Assembly (NCBI GenBank): GCA_027069385.1
Contig: JALXER010000285.1
Span: 1 to 44,080, forward strand
Length of the DNA: 44,080 nt
Direction: 5' to 3'
From: Paracoccaceae bacterium
GTDB lineage: Bacteria; Pseudomonadota; Alphaproteobacteria; Rhodobacterales; Rhodobacteraceae
A model generated the notes under the pieces. The model had not been told where the DNA came from. It saw only the letters and a program-made list of their open reading frames with translations, and made no database searches. The translations under genes and the position numbers were made by a program. Shown piece by piece: positions 1 to 9,348 of the stretch (the first letter of the stretch is position 1; each line of letters begins with the position of its first letter).

Positions 1-539
1 TCGTAATACTTGACGAAATTCTTGCGATGCGCGGTGGCCAGCTCGCCCGCGTACCACATTTTATCCAGCGCCTTTTTATGGGGCGGGCGCGCCCACATCT
101 TGCGCTCTCCTTTAATCGCCGTGTCAAACGCGCGGGTAGAGAGCGGCCCCTCGGCGGCAATCCGGGCCCTGATATCGCGCACCTGCTGTTGCCCCAGACC
201 CGAAGCGTACCACGCGCTTGACGCCACATACTTGCCCATCCGGCTGAACTGCCGCCGCCACATGGGCAGGAAATCCATCGGAATCAGGCTGGCATCATGG
301 GTGAAATGCTCGAACAACTGCCGCTTGGCCAATAGCGGCCATAGGCGGTTTTCGCGGTAATTCTGGTTGCGAGACCACAGGATATGATGGTGCGCGCGCG
401 TAACGTTGCGGATGGTGTCGATCTGCACAAACCCCAGCGCCTTGATCAGACCCATCACATCAAGCGGACCCGTAGGGGCCGCGCCCAGACCGTGGTTTAA
501 CAGCCACAGCCTGCGCGCCTCTGAATTCGATACCCTCAC
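1..539 (-). CDS. YcaQ-family (DUF1006) winged-helix DNA glycosylase, 5' part only; gene runs off the window start
   Basis: Absent from the ORF track because no stop lies in the window. Minus-strand frame from GTG at 539 reads MRVSNSEARRLWLLNHGLGAAPTGPLDVMGLIKALGFVQIDTIRNVTRAHHHILWSRNQNYRENRLWPLLAKRQLFEHFTHDASLIP... This recalls the E. coli YcaQ N-terminus (LQIDTINIV..R, EYWAHEA motifs, from memory). Confidence 0.6.
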   Translation of the reverse strand, partial: MRVSNSEARRLWLLNHGLGAAPTGPLDVMGLIKALGFVQIDTIRNVTRAHHHILWSRNQNYRENRLWPLLAKRQLFEHFTHDASLIPMDFLPMWRRQFSRMGKYVASSAWYASGLGQQQVRDIRARIAAEGPLSTRAFDTAIKGERKMWARPPHKKALDKMWYAGELATAHRKNFVKYY

Positions 540-540
540 C

Positions 541-566
541 GCGTAGGGTGGGTGCTTGCACCCACC
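541..566 (+). repeat. REP-like hairpin, GGTGGGTG/CACCCACC subfamily (GCGTAGGGTGGGTGCTTGCACCCACC)
   Basis: 8-9 bp perfect stem read directly. Lies between the aldehyde dehydrogenase stop (585) and the ycaQ-like start (539). A near-identical copy is at 42743-42766. Confidence 0.65.
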
Positions 567-584
567 ACCCTGCCCGCACCTGTT

Positions 585-2033
585 CTACCCATGATGCGCC
601 GCCACCGTTTTCAACACCGAAAACCCATAAAGCGCCTCGAACCCTTTTTCGCGGCCATGGCCCGATTTACCAACCCCGCCAAAGGGCAGTTCCACCCCGC
701 CACCGGCGCCGTAATTGTTGATAAACACCTGCCCTGCCCGCAGCTTTTTGGCCATGCGCATCTGGCGCGCGCCGTTGGCTGTCCAGACCGAGGCCACCAG
801 CCCGTAGGCGGTGCCATTGGCGATGCGCAGCGCGTCGGCCTCGTCGTCAAACGGGATGATTGCCTGCACGGGGCCGAAAATCTCGGCCTGTGCCAGCGGG
901 TCGTCGGGGTCGATCCCGCCGTAAAGCGTGGGCGCGAAATAGTGGCCGCCTTGGGGCAGGCCTTCGGCCAGTCGGGCTTGGGCAAGGATGCGCGCGGCGG
1001 GGGCGGCGTTCACGAACCCCTCGACAATGTCTTTCTGGCGGGCCGAGATCAGCGGGCCGATATCCAGATCATCCATCGCTTGCCCGACAACCAATTCTTT
1101 GTACCGCGCCGCCATCATCCCCGACAGTTTATCATAGACCCCGCGTTGCACCAGAATGCGCGACGAGGCCGAGCAGGTTTGCCCGGCATTCTGAATGCCC
1201 GCATTGACCAGAAACGGCAAGGCCGCGTCAAGATCGGCGTCGTCAAACACCACCTGCGGGGATTTGCCACCCAGTTCCAGCGTCACCGGAATGACATTGC
1301 GCGCCGCGGCGGCCTGTATCAGTTCGCCCGTCGAGACCGAACCGGTAAAGCTGATATGCTGCACGCCGGTATGGGCCGACAGCGCCGCGCCGGCCTCGGC
1401 CCCCAGCCCCGGCACGATGTTCAAAGCCCCGGCCGGCAAGCCGGCCTCAACCGCGATCGCACCGAATGCCAGCGCGGTCAGGCAAGCTTCTTCGGCGGGT
1501 TTCAGCACTGCCGCATTGCCCATGGCCAGCGCCGCCCCGACCGAACGGCCGATGATCTGCATCGGGTAATTCCACGGCACGATATGGCCGGTTACGCCAT
1601 GGGGTTCGCGCAGGGTATAAACCGTATACCCGTCCAGATAGGGGATGGTCTGCCCGTGGATCTTGTCGCAGGCCCCGCCATAGAATTCCAGATAGCGCGC
1701 CAGCGCCACCGCATCGGCGCGCGCCTGTTTCAGCGGTTTACCCACATCGGCGGCCTCGAGCGCGGCCAGATGATCGACCTTTTCCAGCACCGCCACCGAC
1801 ATGCGCATCAGCACGCGCCCCCGTTCCAGCGCGGTCATCGCCCCCCATGCACCATCCAGCGCGCCCTGCGCCGCCACCACCGCCTTATCCACATCGGCGC
1901 GCCGCCCCCGCGCGATCTGCGCCAGTTCGGACCCGTCCGACGGGTTTTCGAGCGGCAATGTCTCGCCGCCCTCGGGCGCGACCCATGCGCCGTTAATCAG
2001 ACATTTGCTTGCATCGAACCATGTTTCGCTCAT
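585..2033 (-). CDS. NAD(P)-dependent aldehyde dehydrogenase family protein
   Basis: 482-aa ORF with ATG start. Family hallmarks VTLELGGKSP, catalytic-Cys region NAGQTCSA and C-terminal PFGGVGKSGHGREKG. Its start overlaps the upstream ATPase stop by 4 nt (ATGA). Confidence 0.9.
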   Translation of the reverse strand: MSETWFDASKCLINGAWVAPEGGETLPLENPSDGSELAQIARGRRADVDKAVVAAQGALDGAWGAMTALERGRVLMRMSVAVLEKVDHLAALEAADVGKPLKQARADAVALARYLEFYGGACDKIHGQTIPYLDGYTVYTLREPHGVTGHIVPWNYPMQIIGRSVGAALAMGNAAVLKPAEEACLTALAFGAIAVEAGLPAGALNIVPGLGAEAGAALSAHTGVQHISFTGSVSTGELIQAAAARNVIPVTLELGGKSPQVVFDDADLDAALPFLVNAGIQNAGQTCSASSRILVQRGVYDKLSGMMAARYKELVVGQAMDDLDIGPLISARQKDIVEGFVNAAPAARILAQARLAEGLPQGGHYFAPTLYGGIDPDDPLAQAEIFGPVQAIIPFDDEADALRIANGTAYGLVASVWTANGARQMRMAKKLRAGQVFINNYGAGGGVELPFGGVGKSGHGREKGFEALYGFSVLKTVAAHHG

Positions 2034-3616
2034 GGGGTAATCTCCAGTATTGGTGCGGCCTCGATCAGGGCGCGGGTATAGGGGTGTTGCGGGTCGGTGA
2101 ACACGCGCCCGGTGTCGCCGACCTCGACAAATTCACCCGATTTCATCACCAGCACCCGGTCGGTTATGGCGCGAACCACGCTCAGATCATGGCTGATGAA
2201 CAGGTAAGACAGGTTCAGGCGGTCCGACAGATCGGCCAGCAGGTCAAGGATTTGCGCGCGGATCGACACATCCAGCGCCGAGACCGCCTCGTCCAGAATA
2301 ATCAGTTCCGGCTCGATGATCAGGGCACGCGCGATGGCGATACGCTGGCGCTGGCCACCGGAAAATTCATGGATAAACTTGTCGGCGTCATCGGGGTGCA
2401 TGCCGACCTCTGTCAGCGCCTTGTCGATGGCGGCCTTGCGCGCCGCGCCGCTGGGCGGGTCGGAAAGCAGGTGGAACGGCTCGGTCACCAGCCGCGCCAC
2501 CTTGTGACGGGGGTTGAAGCTGCCATACGGGTCCTGAAAGACCACCTGCATCTGGCGGCGCAATTCGCGCGGCACAAACTGCCCCGCCCCGATCCGGTGC
2601 CCGTTGATCACGATCTCGCCGCCCTGAATCGCCTCCAGCCCCAGAATGGCGCGGGTCAGGGTGGATTTGCCACAGCCCGATTCCCCGACCAGCCCCAGAC
2701 TCTCGCCGCGCTTCAGCTCGAAACTGACCCCGTTGACCGCACGAAACTTGGGCGCCGGACCAAACAGCGATTTACGCGGCAGCAGGTAATCGCGCACCAG
2801 ATTTTTGACGCTCAGGATCGGGGCATCGACCGCCGGAGCCTCGCGGTCGGGAATGTGGTTAGAGGCCTCGAACAGGGCGCGGGTATAGGGGTGGTTCATT
2901 TCGGCAAAGATTTGCGCCGTAGGCCCGCTTTCCACCACCTCGCCCTTGCGCATAATGGCGATATGGTCGGCCACATCGGCCACAACGCCCAGATCGTGGC
3001 TGATCAGCATCATGGCCATGTTATCCTGCTTGACCAGCCCTTTGAGCAGGTCGAGGATTTGCGCCTGCGTGGTCACATCCAGCGCGGTTGTCGGTTCGTC
3101 GGCGATCAGCAGCTTGGGGCGCAGGGCGATGGCCATGGCGATCACCACGCGCTGGCGCTGGCCGCCTGACAGTTCATGGGGGTATTTGTCCAGCGGGAAT
3201 TGCGCGGCAGGCAACCCGCAACGGTTCAGCGTATCGCGAGCAATCCGCAGGGCCTCGGCCTTGCTTTTGCCGGTGTGGATCAGCACGGTTTCGGCCACCT
3301 GCGCGCCGATGGTCTGCACCGGATTCAGCGCCGTCATCGGTTCCTGAAACACCATGCCGATATCGGCGCCGCGCAGGGTACACAAGGCGCGTTCGTCCAG
3401 CGCCAGCATGTCTTGCCCGTCAAACCGCACCTGCCCCGTTGCCACCGCGCCGCGCGGCAGCAACTGGTTGACGCAATAGGCGGTCATCGACTTGCCCGAG
3501 CCGCTCTCGCCGATTACCGCCAGGATCTCTCCGGCGCGGGCCGACAGGCTGACATCGCGCAGAATCGGCACGGTGCCGATGGTCAGGTTCAGGCCAGAGA
3601 TCGAAAGAATGCTCAT
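2030..3616 (-). CDS. ABC transporter ATP-binding protein, fused double ATPase (DppD/DppF-like, peptide/nickel/opine class)
   Basis: 528 aa with two Walker A motifs (GESGSGKS, GESGCGKS), two LSGGQRQR signatures and oligopeptide-type C-terminal segments. Overlaps both neighbouring genes by 4 nt. Confidence 0.9.
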   Translation of the reverse strand: MSILSISGLNLTIGTVPILRDVSLSARAGEILAVIGESGSGKSMTAYCVNQLLPRGAVATGQVRFDGQDMLALDERALCTLRGADIGMVFQEPMTALNPVQTIGAQVAETVLIHTGKSKAEALRIARDTLNRCGLPAAQFPLDKYPHELSGGQRQRVVIAMAIALRPKLLIADEPTTALDVTTQAQILDLLKGLVKQDNMAMMLISHDLGVVADVADHIAIMRKGEVVESGPTAQIFAEMNHPYTRALFEASNHIPDREAPAVDAPILSVKNLVRDYLLPRKSLFGPAPKFRAVNGVSFELKRGESLGLVGESGCGKSTLTRAILGLEAIQGGEIVINGHRIGAGQFVPRELRRQMQVVFQDPYGSFNPRHKVARLVTEPFHLLSDPPSGAARKAAIDKALTEVGMHPDDADKFIHEFSGGQRQRIAIARALIIEPELIILDEAVSALDVSIRAQILDLLADLSDRLNLSYLFISHDLSVVRAITDRVLVMKSGEFVEVGDTGRVFTDPQHPYTRALIEAAPILEITP

Positions 3617-4443
3617 GCGCGGTCCCGCCGTATCTTGGGGTCGAACAGGTCGCGCAGCGCGTCGCCCATCAGGTTCAGGCCCAGCACCGTCAGCACAATG
3701 GCCATGCCCGGAAACAGCGCCAGATGCGGCGCGAACGACACCATGGTCTGGCTTTCGGCCAACATCCGCCCCCAGCTTGGCGTGGGCGGCTGCGCGCCAA
3801 GGCCGACATAGGACAGCGCCGCCTCGGCCAGAATACCAAGGCTGAACTGGATGGTGCCCTGCACAATCAGCAGGTTCAGGATATTGGGCAGGATGTGTTC
3901 GAACGAAATATGCGCCGGACTTTTGCCCGCCACCCGCGCCGCCAGCACAAAATCGCGGGTCCAGAGCGACAGCGCCGCGCCGCGCGACAGGCGCGCAAAT
4001 ACCGGAATGTTGAAAATACCGATGGCGATAATGGCGTTCACCGCCGACGCGCCAAAGGCGGCGGTAATCATGATGGCAATCAGCAGCGCCGGAAAGGCAA
4101 AGATCAGGTCGTTGGTGCGCATGATCACCTCGTCCAGAATTGATCCCTTACGCGCCGCCGCCGCCAGCCCCAGCGGCACCCCCAGCCCCATGCCGATGCC
4201 AACCGCAACGATGGCCACCGCAATACTGGTGCGCGCACCCACCATGATCATCGAAAAGATATCACGGCCGAAATGGTCGGTGCCAAACCAGTTTTTGGCG
4301 TCGGGCACATGCAGCTTGTTCACGATATCGACCGTGTCCACCGCATCCGGAGTCCAGAAAAAAGATACCGCCGCCGCCAGCACGAAAATGCCCGCCAGTA
4401 TGAACCCGATCAGGAAACCGGGCATTTTGAACGCGCGCATCAT
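3613..4443 (-). CDS. ABC transporter permease (DppC/OppC-like)
   Basis: 276-aa polytopic membrane protein with a BPD-transporter EAA-type loop (AARVAGKSPAHISFEHILPN). Sits in the operon with 4-nt overlaps. Confidence 0.88.
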   Translation of the reverse strand: MMRAFKMPGFLIGFILAGIFVLAAAVSFFWTPDAVDTVDIVNKLHVPDAKNWFGTDHFGRDIFSMIMVGARTSIAVAIVAVGIGMGLGVPLGLAAAARKGSILDEVIMRTNDLIFAFPALLIAIMITAAFGASAVNAIIAIGIFNIPVFARLSRGAALSLWTRDFVLAARVAGKSPAHISFEHILPNILNLLIVQGTIQFSLGILAEAALSYVGLGAQPPTPSWGRMLAESQTMVSFAPHLALFPGMAIVLTVLGLNLMGDALRDLFDPKIRRDRA

Positions 4444-5387
4444 CGGGCTTTCCTGCGCAATCTCGGGTCCACCACCGCATAGGTGATATCGACCACAAAG
4501 GTGACAAGGATCACAGCAAAGACCAGCAGCATCACCACGCTTTCAACCACGATCAGGTCGCGCTGCGAAATGGCGGTAAAGATCAGGCTGCCGATACCGG
4601 GCAGGAAAAAGATTTTTTCGACGATGATCGCTCCGGCCAGCAGAAAAGAGAATTGCAGCCCCAGAATGGTCAGCACCGGAATCATCGCGTTGCGCAACGC
4701 ATGCTTGACCAGCGCCTGACGGCGGGTATTGCCCTTGGCGCGCGCGGTGCGCATGAAATCCTCGCTCAGGGTATCAAGCAGCGACGAGCGCATCACCCGC
4801 GCCAGAATAGAGGCCTGCGGCAGCGCCAGCACAAAGGCCGGCAGGGTCAGCGCCCGGATCGCCAGAAACGGGTTTTCCCAGCCCGGAAAGCCGCCGGCGC
4901 TGAACCAGTGATACTTGATCGCCAGCAATTGCACCGCCAGCATGGCAAACCAGAAATTCGGAATAGCCACCCCCAGTTGCGTTCCGCCCATAACCAGCCA
5001 GTCGGCCCATGACCCGCGCTTTGCCGCGGCAATAATGCCGATGGGAAAGGCGATAAGGGTTGAAAGCACCAGCGCATAAATCGCCATGGGAAAGGACAGC
5101 CAGACCCGGTCGCCGATCATCTCGGTGACCGGCACGCGATAGGTATAGGACACGCCGAAATCGCCACTCAGCAGCCCGCCAACCCATGACAGATAGCGCG
5201 CATAGATCGACAGGTTCAGGCCCAGTTCCTGACGCAGGGCCTCTACCGCGTCGGGGCTGGCATTGATGCCCAGCATGATTTGCGCCGCATCGCCGGGCAT
5301 GACTTCGATGGCCAGAAAGATCACCACCGAGGCCGCAACCAGACTAAGGCCAAGCGATAGCAGCCGTTTGAGAATATAGATCAGCAT
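4440..5387 (-). CDS. ABC transporter permease (DppB/OppB-like)
   Basis: The ORF extends to 5444, but the family-typical N-terminus MLIYILKRLL starts at ATG 5387. Contains FMRTARAKG (EAA loop). Confidence 0.85.
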   Translation of the reverse strand: MLIYILKRLLSLGLSLVAASVVIFLAIEVMPGDAAQIMLGINASPDAVEALRQELGLNLSIYARYLSWVGGLLSGDFGVSYTYRVPVTEMIGDRVWLSFPMAIYALVLSTLIAFPIGIIAAAKRGSWADWLVMGGTQLGVAIPNFWFAMLAVQLLAIKYHWFSAGGFPGWENPFLAIRALTLPAFVLALPQASILARVMRSSLLDTLSEDFMRTARAKGNTRRQALVKHALRNAMIPVLTILGLQFSFLLAGAIIVEKIFFLPGIGSLIFTAISQRDLIVVESVVMLLVFAVILVTFVVDITYAVVDPRLRRKAR

Positions 5388-5454
5388 CGGGGATCCAGCG
5401 CGGAAAGGTCGCAAAAATGTGGCCCGCGAAACAACGCGGGCCACATGACAAGGC

Positions 5455-6927
5455 TTACTCGGCCCAGTAAACCGCCGTCAGGTCGGTGGCCTGGGTGGGC
5501 GCATTTTCCCACAGGCCCATGACCTTGGCGTTGGCTACGCCGGTTTTGGCCAGCTCGAACAAAAAGCCGTTCACGTCATCGGCCGCCAGCATCCGCTGCG
5601 CATCCTGCATCAGCTCGGTACGCACGGCCGGATCGGTTTCGGCGGTCAGTTTTTCCATCAAGGCCTGATATTCGGGGCTGTCATAATGGAAATAATAGTC
5701 CGGATTGGCATAGATCCCGAAATCCATCGGCTCGGTATGGCTGACGATGGTAAACCCGTAATCGCCGCCATGGAACACCTGTTCCAGCCAGTCGGCCCAT
5801 TCCAGATTGGTGACTTCGGTTTCAATCCCCACGGCCCTAAGCTGCGCGGCGATGATCTCGCCACCGCGACGGGCATAGGCGGGCGGGGGCAGTTTCAACG
5901 TGGTGGTAAACCCGTCGGGAAAGCCCGCCTCGGCCAGCAGCGAACGGGCCAGATCGGGGTCATAGGCGCTCTCGCCGGTCAGGTCGATATAGGCCGGATG
6001 GTGCGGAGCAAAATGGCTGCCGATCGGCGTGCCATAGCCAAACATCGCCCCGTCAATGATCGCGTTGCGGTCAATGGCATGGCTGACGGCCTCGCGGACC
6101 TTGGGGTTGTCCAGCGGCGGCATGGCGTTGTTGGTGGACAGGATGGTTTCGCCTTCGGTCGAGCCGATGATCACGTTAAACCGCGGGTCCGCATCGAATT
6201 GCGGCAGGTTTTCCGGCGCGGGAAATACCGGAAACGCATCCACATCGCCAGCCATCATGGCGGCAAAAGCGGCGGTCGGGTCCGAGATATATTTGAAGGT
6301 CGCGCCTTCCAGCTTGGCCGGGGTGCCCCAATAATTATCGTTGCGGGTAATGGTGATGCTGTCACCCTGCACCCAGTTTTCGAACATGAACGCGCCGGTG
6401 CCGTTGGGGTGGGTTTTGAGCGCCTCTATGTCGTCACCCTCGTTCAGGATAACCGCATCGCCCCATGCCATGTTGAACAAAAAGCCGCCATTGGGCGCAT
6501 CCAGGGTCACAACCACGGTGGTATCGTCGGGGGCGCTTACGTCGGCAATTCCGGCGAACAGGCCTTTTTGCGCGTTGGTGCTGTCCTCGGCGCGGGCGCG
6601 GTTCAACGACCAGACCACATCGGATGCGGTCATGTCCGAGCCGTCATGGAATTTGACCCCGTCATGCAGGTGGAAGGTATAGGTCAGCCCGTCATCGGAA
6701 ATATCCCAGCTTGCGGCCAGCCCCGGAATGATACTGCCATCCGAGGCAAAGCGGGTCAGCCCTTCATAGATGTTGGCATAGACCACATTGTCAATCGCAC
6801 CGGCAGCACCGGCGGTCGGGTCAAGATAGGGCGGCTCCAACTGGTCGCCGATGGTGATCGTGCTTTGGGCAAAGGCCATAGAGGCCGTCAGCGCCAATGC
6901 GCTTACCCCGGTTAAAATGGTTTTCAT
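5455..6927 (-). CDS. ABC transporter substrate-binding protein, family 5 (peptide/nickel/opine type)
   Basis: 490 aa with signal peptide MKTILTGVSALALTASMAFA. Size and motifs are typical of SBP_bac_5. First transporter gene of the operon. Confidence 0.88.
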   Translation of the reverse strand: MKTILTGVSALALTASMAFAQSTITIGDQLEPPYLDPTAGAAGAIDNVVYANIYEGLTRFASDGSIIPGLAASWDISDDGLTYTFHLHDGVKFHDGSDMTASDVVWSLNRARAEDSTNAQKGLFAGIADVSAPDDTTVVVTLDAPNGGFLFNMAWGDAVILNEGDDIEALKTHPNGTGAFMFENWVQGDSITITRNDNYWGTPAKLEGATFKYISDPTAAFAAMMAGDVDAFPVFPAPENLPQFDADPRFNVIIGSTEGETILSTNNAMPPLDNPKVREAVSHAIDRNAIIDGAMFGYGTPIGSHFAPHHPAYIDLTGESAYDPDLARSLLAEAGFPDGFTTTLKLPPPAYARRGGEIIAAQLRAVGIETEVTNLEWADWLEQVFHGGDYGFTIVSHTEPMDFGIYANPDYYFHYDSPEYQALMEKLTAETDPAVRTELMQDAQRMLAADDVNGFLFELAKTGVANAKVMGLWENAPTQATDLTAVYWAE

Positions 6928-6938
6928 ATCTTCCTCCG

Positions 6939-8237
6939 TTAGGTTTTCAGCGGGGTTTCGCCCGTCAGTATTTCGGCAAGGGCGAGGCCCATCACCTTGG
7001 CAGAGTCGAGCATATCGCCCACCTCTATATATTCATCCGGCTGATGTGCCAGATCCAGAATCCCCGGACCATAGGCAATACAGTTCTTCATCCGTCCGAT
7101 GCGGTCAATATGTTTTTGGTCATAAGTCCCCGGAGACACCACATATTGCGGTTCTTTGCCCATCACCGATTGAATCGCCGCCGATACGGTGGTGACAACC
7201 GGCGCATCGCGGGCTGTCATGCTGGGAATGACCCGATGGATTTCGCGCATGTCATAGCGAAAGCCCTCGCGCTCGGATTTGACCTTTTCCAGTACCGCGA
7301 CGATCTCGGCCTCGACATCTTCTATGTTTTCTTCCAGCAGAAACCGCCGGTCAACGATCATCTTGGCGCGGTCGGGTACGCAGGGGCTGGGAAGGCCGGT
7401 AAAGCCCGGCTCCGGCTCGGCCTGCCCGCCATGCAGCGAATTGATATTCATGGTGCTTTGCCTGGCCCCTTCGGGGATCACCGGCATATCGGTGCGTTTG
7501 CGCGCCAGTGCCGGAAACAGGCTGGATTCCATCTCGGCCAGTACCGCCCCCATATGGCGCACGGCGCAATCGCCCAGAAACGGCATAGAGCCGTGGGCGA
7601 TACGGCCGTGGGTTTCAATCTCGGCCCAGTATACGCCACGATGGCCAAGGCACACGCGGTCCTTGAATGGCTCGGGGATGATGACATGTTGCACCTTTTC
7701 GGGGCTGAAAAAGCCCTGCTCACAAAGGTATGCCACCCCGCCAAAGCCGCCGGTCTCCTCATCCGCGGTGCCGGAAATCTCCACCGCGCCGCTGAAATCG
7801 GGCCAGGTGTCCAGAAAGGCCTCTGCCGCGATGATAGAGGTCGCCAGCCCGCCCTTCATATCGCACGAGCCGCGCCCGTAAATCCGCCCGTCAACCAGCG
7901 CCGCGCCAAACGGGTCATGGGTCCAGCCGTGGCCGACCTCGACCACGTCGATATGGCTGTTGAAATGCACACAATCGCCGCCATGCGCACCGGTACGACG
8001 CGCAACGATGTTCCAGCGCGGGTATTTGTCTGAATCACCGGGCGTATCCTTTGCCCGCACCAGCTCGGTTTCGAAACCGCGAGATTTCAGGCGCCGGTCC
8101 AGATACTCGCAAATGGCCAGATAATCGTTGCCCGGCGGATTGACCGTGGGAATACGGATCAGATCCTGCGTCAGGGCGATCAGGTCGTCGCGCGCATCAT
8201 CAACCCGTTTCAAAAACTGTTTTGTCAGATCTGGCAC
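6939..8237 (-). CDS. M20-family metallopeptidase / ArgE-DapE-type deacylase
   Basis: 432 aa. GTG start preceded by AAGGAG at 5-nt spacing. Motifs HFNSHIDVV, GRGSCDMKGG and ADEETGG are typical of the ArgE/DapE/ACY1 family. Confidence 0.85.
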   Translation of the reverse strand: MPDLTKQFLKRVDDARDDLIALTQDLIRIPTVNPPGNDYLAICEYLDRRLKSRGFETELVRAKDTPGDSDKYPRWNIVARRTGAHGGDCVHFNSHIDVVEVGHGWTHDPFGAALVDGRIYGRGSCDMKGGLATSIIAAEAFLDTWPDFSGAVEISGTADEETGGFGGVAYLCEQGFFSPEKVQHVIIPEPFKDRVCLGHRGVYWAEIETHGRIAHGSMPFLGDCAVRHMGAVLAEMESSLFPALARKRTDMPVIPEGARQSTMNINSLHGGQAEPEPGFTGLPSPCVPDRAKMIVDRRFLLEENIEDVEAEIVAVLEKVKSEREGFRYDMREIHRVIPSMTARDAPVVTTVSAAIQSVMGKEPQYVVSPGTYDQKHIDRIGRMKNCIAYGPGILDLAHQPDEYIEVGDMLDSAKVMGLALAEILTGETPLKT

Positions 8238-8320
8238 CGCCGCTCCTTGATCATGTTACCGGATTTGTGCAATATTGACCCAACGACCGGATCGGTCGCA
8301 ATACGGTAGGGTTACGGTTA

Positions 8321-8860
8321 ATGAATGAATTGCAGGCACTGGCGTTTGATCTGTCGCCCGTCGGGCTGGTGCTGACCGAACAGCGGGTAATCAAGGCCTG
8401 CAACCGCACCTTTGCGCAGATGTTCGGCTATGACCGGGCCGAGTTGATCAACCAGTCATTCCGCATCCTATACCCCAGCCGCGCCGAATTCGACGCCATC
8501 CGCGATGTCGGCCTGAAACCGCTGCGCGAAACCGGCCGTTACAGCGACGAACGCCTTGTGCAGCGCAAGGACGGCACCATGTTCTGGGCGCGGGTGCGCG
8601 TGGCCACGCCAACACCCGACGACCCGCTGAAACGCGCCATTCTGTCATTTGCCGACATTTCCGACACCCGCCCCGAGGTCGAACTGACCCCGCGCGAACG
8701 TCAGGTGGTACTGCGCCTTGGCAAGGGCCTGACCAGCAAGGAAATCGCCCGCGAACTGGGCCTGTCGCCGCGCACCATCGACGATTACCGCGCCCGCCTG
8801 CTGACCAAATTCAACAGCCGCAACGTGGCCGAGTTACTCAGCAACCTTTCCGGACTATAG
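8321..8860 (+). CDS. PAS-domain plus LuxR/GerE-type HTH transcriptional regulator
   Basis: 179 aa. N-terminal PAS-like region (GLVLTEQRVIKACNRTFAQMFGY...). C-terminal LTPRERQVVLRLGKGLTSKEIARELGLSPRTIDDYRARLLTKF is a LuxR-type HTH. Divergent from the M20/ABC operon. Confidence 0.85.
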   Translation: MNELQALAFDLSPVGLVLTEQRVIKACNRTFAQMFGYDRAELINQSFRILYPSRAEFDAIRDVGLKPLRETGRYSDERLVQRKDGTMFWARVRVATPTPDDPLKRAILSFADISDTRPEVELTPRERQVVLRLGKGLTSKEIARELGLSPRTIDDYRARLLTKFNSRNVAELLSNLSGL

Positions 8861-8907
8861 GTTGTTTTATTGCGTGAATTTGGCGTGATAAACGCATTTT
8901 AATGCGG

Positions 8908-8931
8908 TTAAATCTTGAAAAACAGATTTAA
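8908..8931. promoter_or_regulatory. 8-bp perfect inverted repeat TTAAATCT-N8-AGATTTAA in the AT-rich intergenic region
   Basis: Read directly from the sequence. Function is unknown: either an operator or a weak terminator for the PAS-LuxR gene. Confidence 0.35.
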
Positions 8932-8934
8932 ACC

Positions 8935-8968
8935 AACAAATATTCACTATTAACAAATATTCACTATT
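8935..8968 (+). promoter_or_regulatory. Perfect tandem direct repeat, 2 x 17 bp (AACAAATATTCACTATT), ~47 bp upstream of the 9015 start codon
   Basis: Units 8935-8951 and 8952-8968 are identical and sit in a ~30% GC intergenic region. This is a candidate operator or iteron-like protein-binding site. Confidence 0.5.
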
Positions 8969-9014
8969 ATCGAGGTTTTATTCAAAACGCATATCATAGA
9001 AAAGGAGTGTACCA

Positions 9015-9314
9015 ATGGCGTCCGATCCAACACTTGCCGCGTTGCAGCAGTTTATCAAAAAGGCCCCTGACGATTTAAAGAAAAAGGGTAAAAGCCTGAA
9101 AGAAGCGGAAAACCTGAAAAAGGCTTTCGCCAAGAAAGACAAGACTTTTGCGCCGGCGATGAAGAAATTTCTGAAATCGATCGCGGCTGACAAAAAGCTG
9201 GTTTCCAAAGACAAAAAGGCCAAGACCGAGGTCGAGAAGATGGAAAAAATCGCCATCGACGACCTGAAAAAACGGTTCTCCGTTGGCAAGGTCGTAATGA
9301 CCAAGCCGAAGTAA
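9015..9314 (+). CDS. Hypothetical lysine-rich, probably helical small protein (99 aa)
   Basis: ATG preceded by AAGGAG. About 47% GC by hand count versus about 60% in flanking DNA. KK-rich low-complexity sequence (..KKAPDDLKKKGKSLKEAENLKKAFAKKDK..). No family recognised. Confidence 0.65.
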   Translation: MASDPTLAALQQFIKKAPDDLKKKGKSLKEAENLKKAFAKKDKTFAPAMKKFLKSIAADKKLVSKDKKAKTEVEKMEKIAIDDLKKRFSVGKVVMTKPK

Positions 9315-9348
9315 GCGATTTTATCAATTTTTTTCAGGAGATACAGAA

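Noticed and set aside
552-2081. 509-aa plus-strand ORF
   Set aside because: It is fully antisense to the well-supported aldehyde dehydrogenase gene. Its Arg/Gly/His/Pro-rich low-complexity translation is typical of shadow ORFs in high-GC DNA.
8900-8931. Possible CtrA box (TTAA-N7-TTAA) in the AT-rich region, and likewise near 37455-37470 upstream of g1
   Set aside because: The TTAA spacings seen are N5 and N16 at 8900-8931, and only a half-site (TTAA-N7-GTTG) occurs upstream of g1. None fits the N7 full site.
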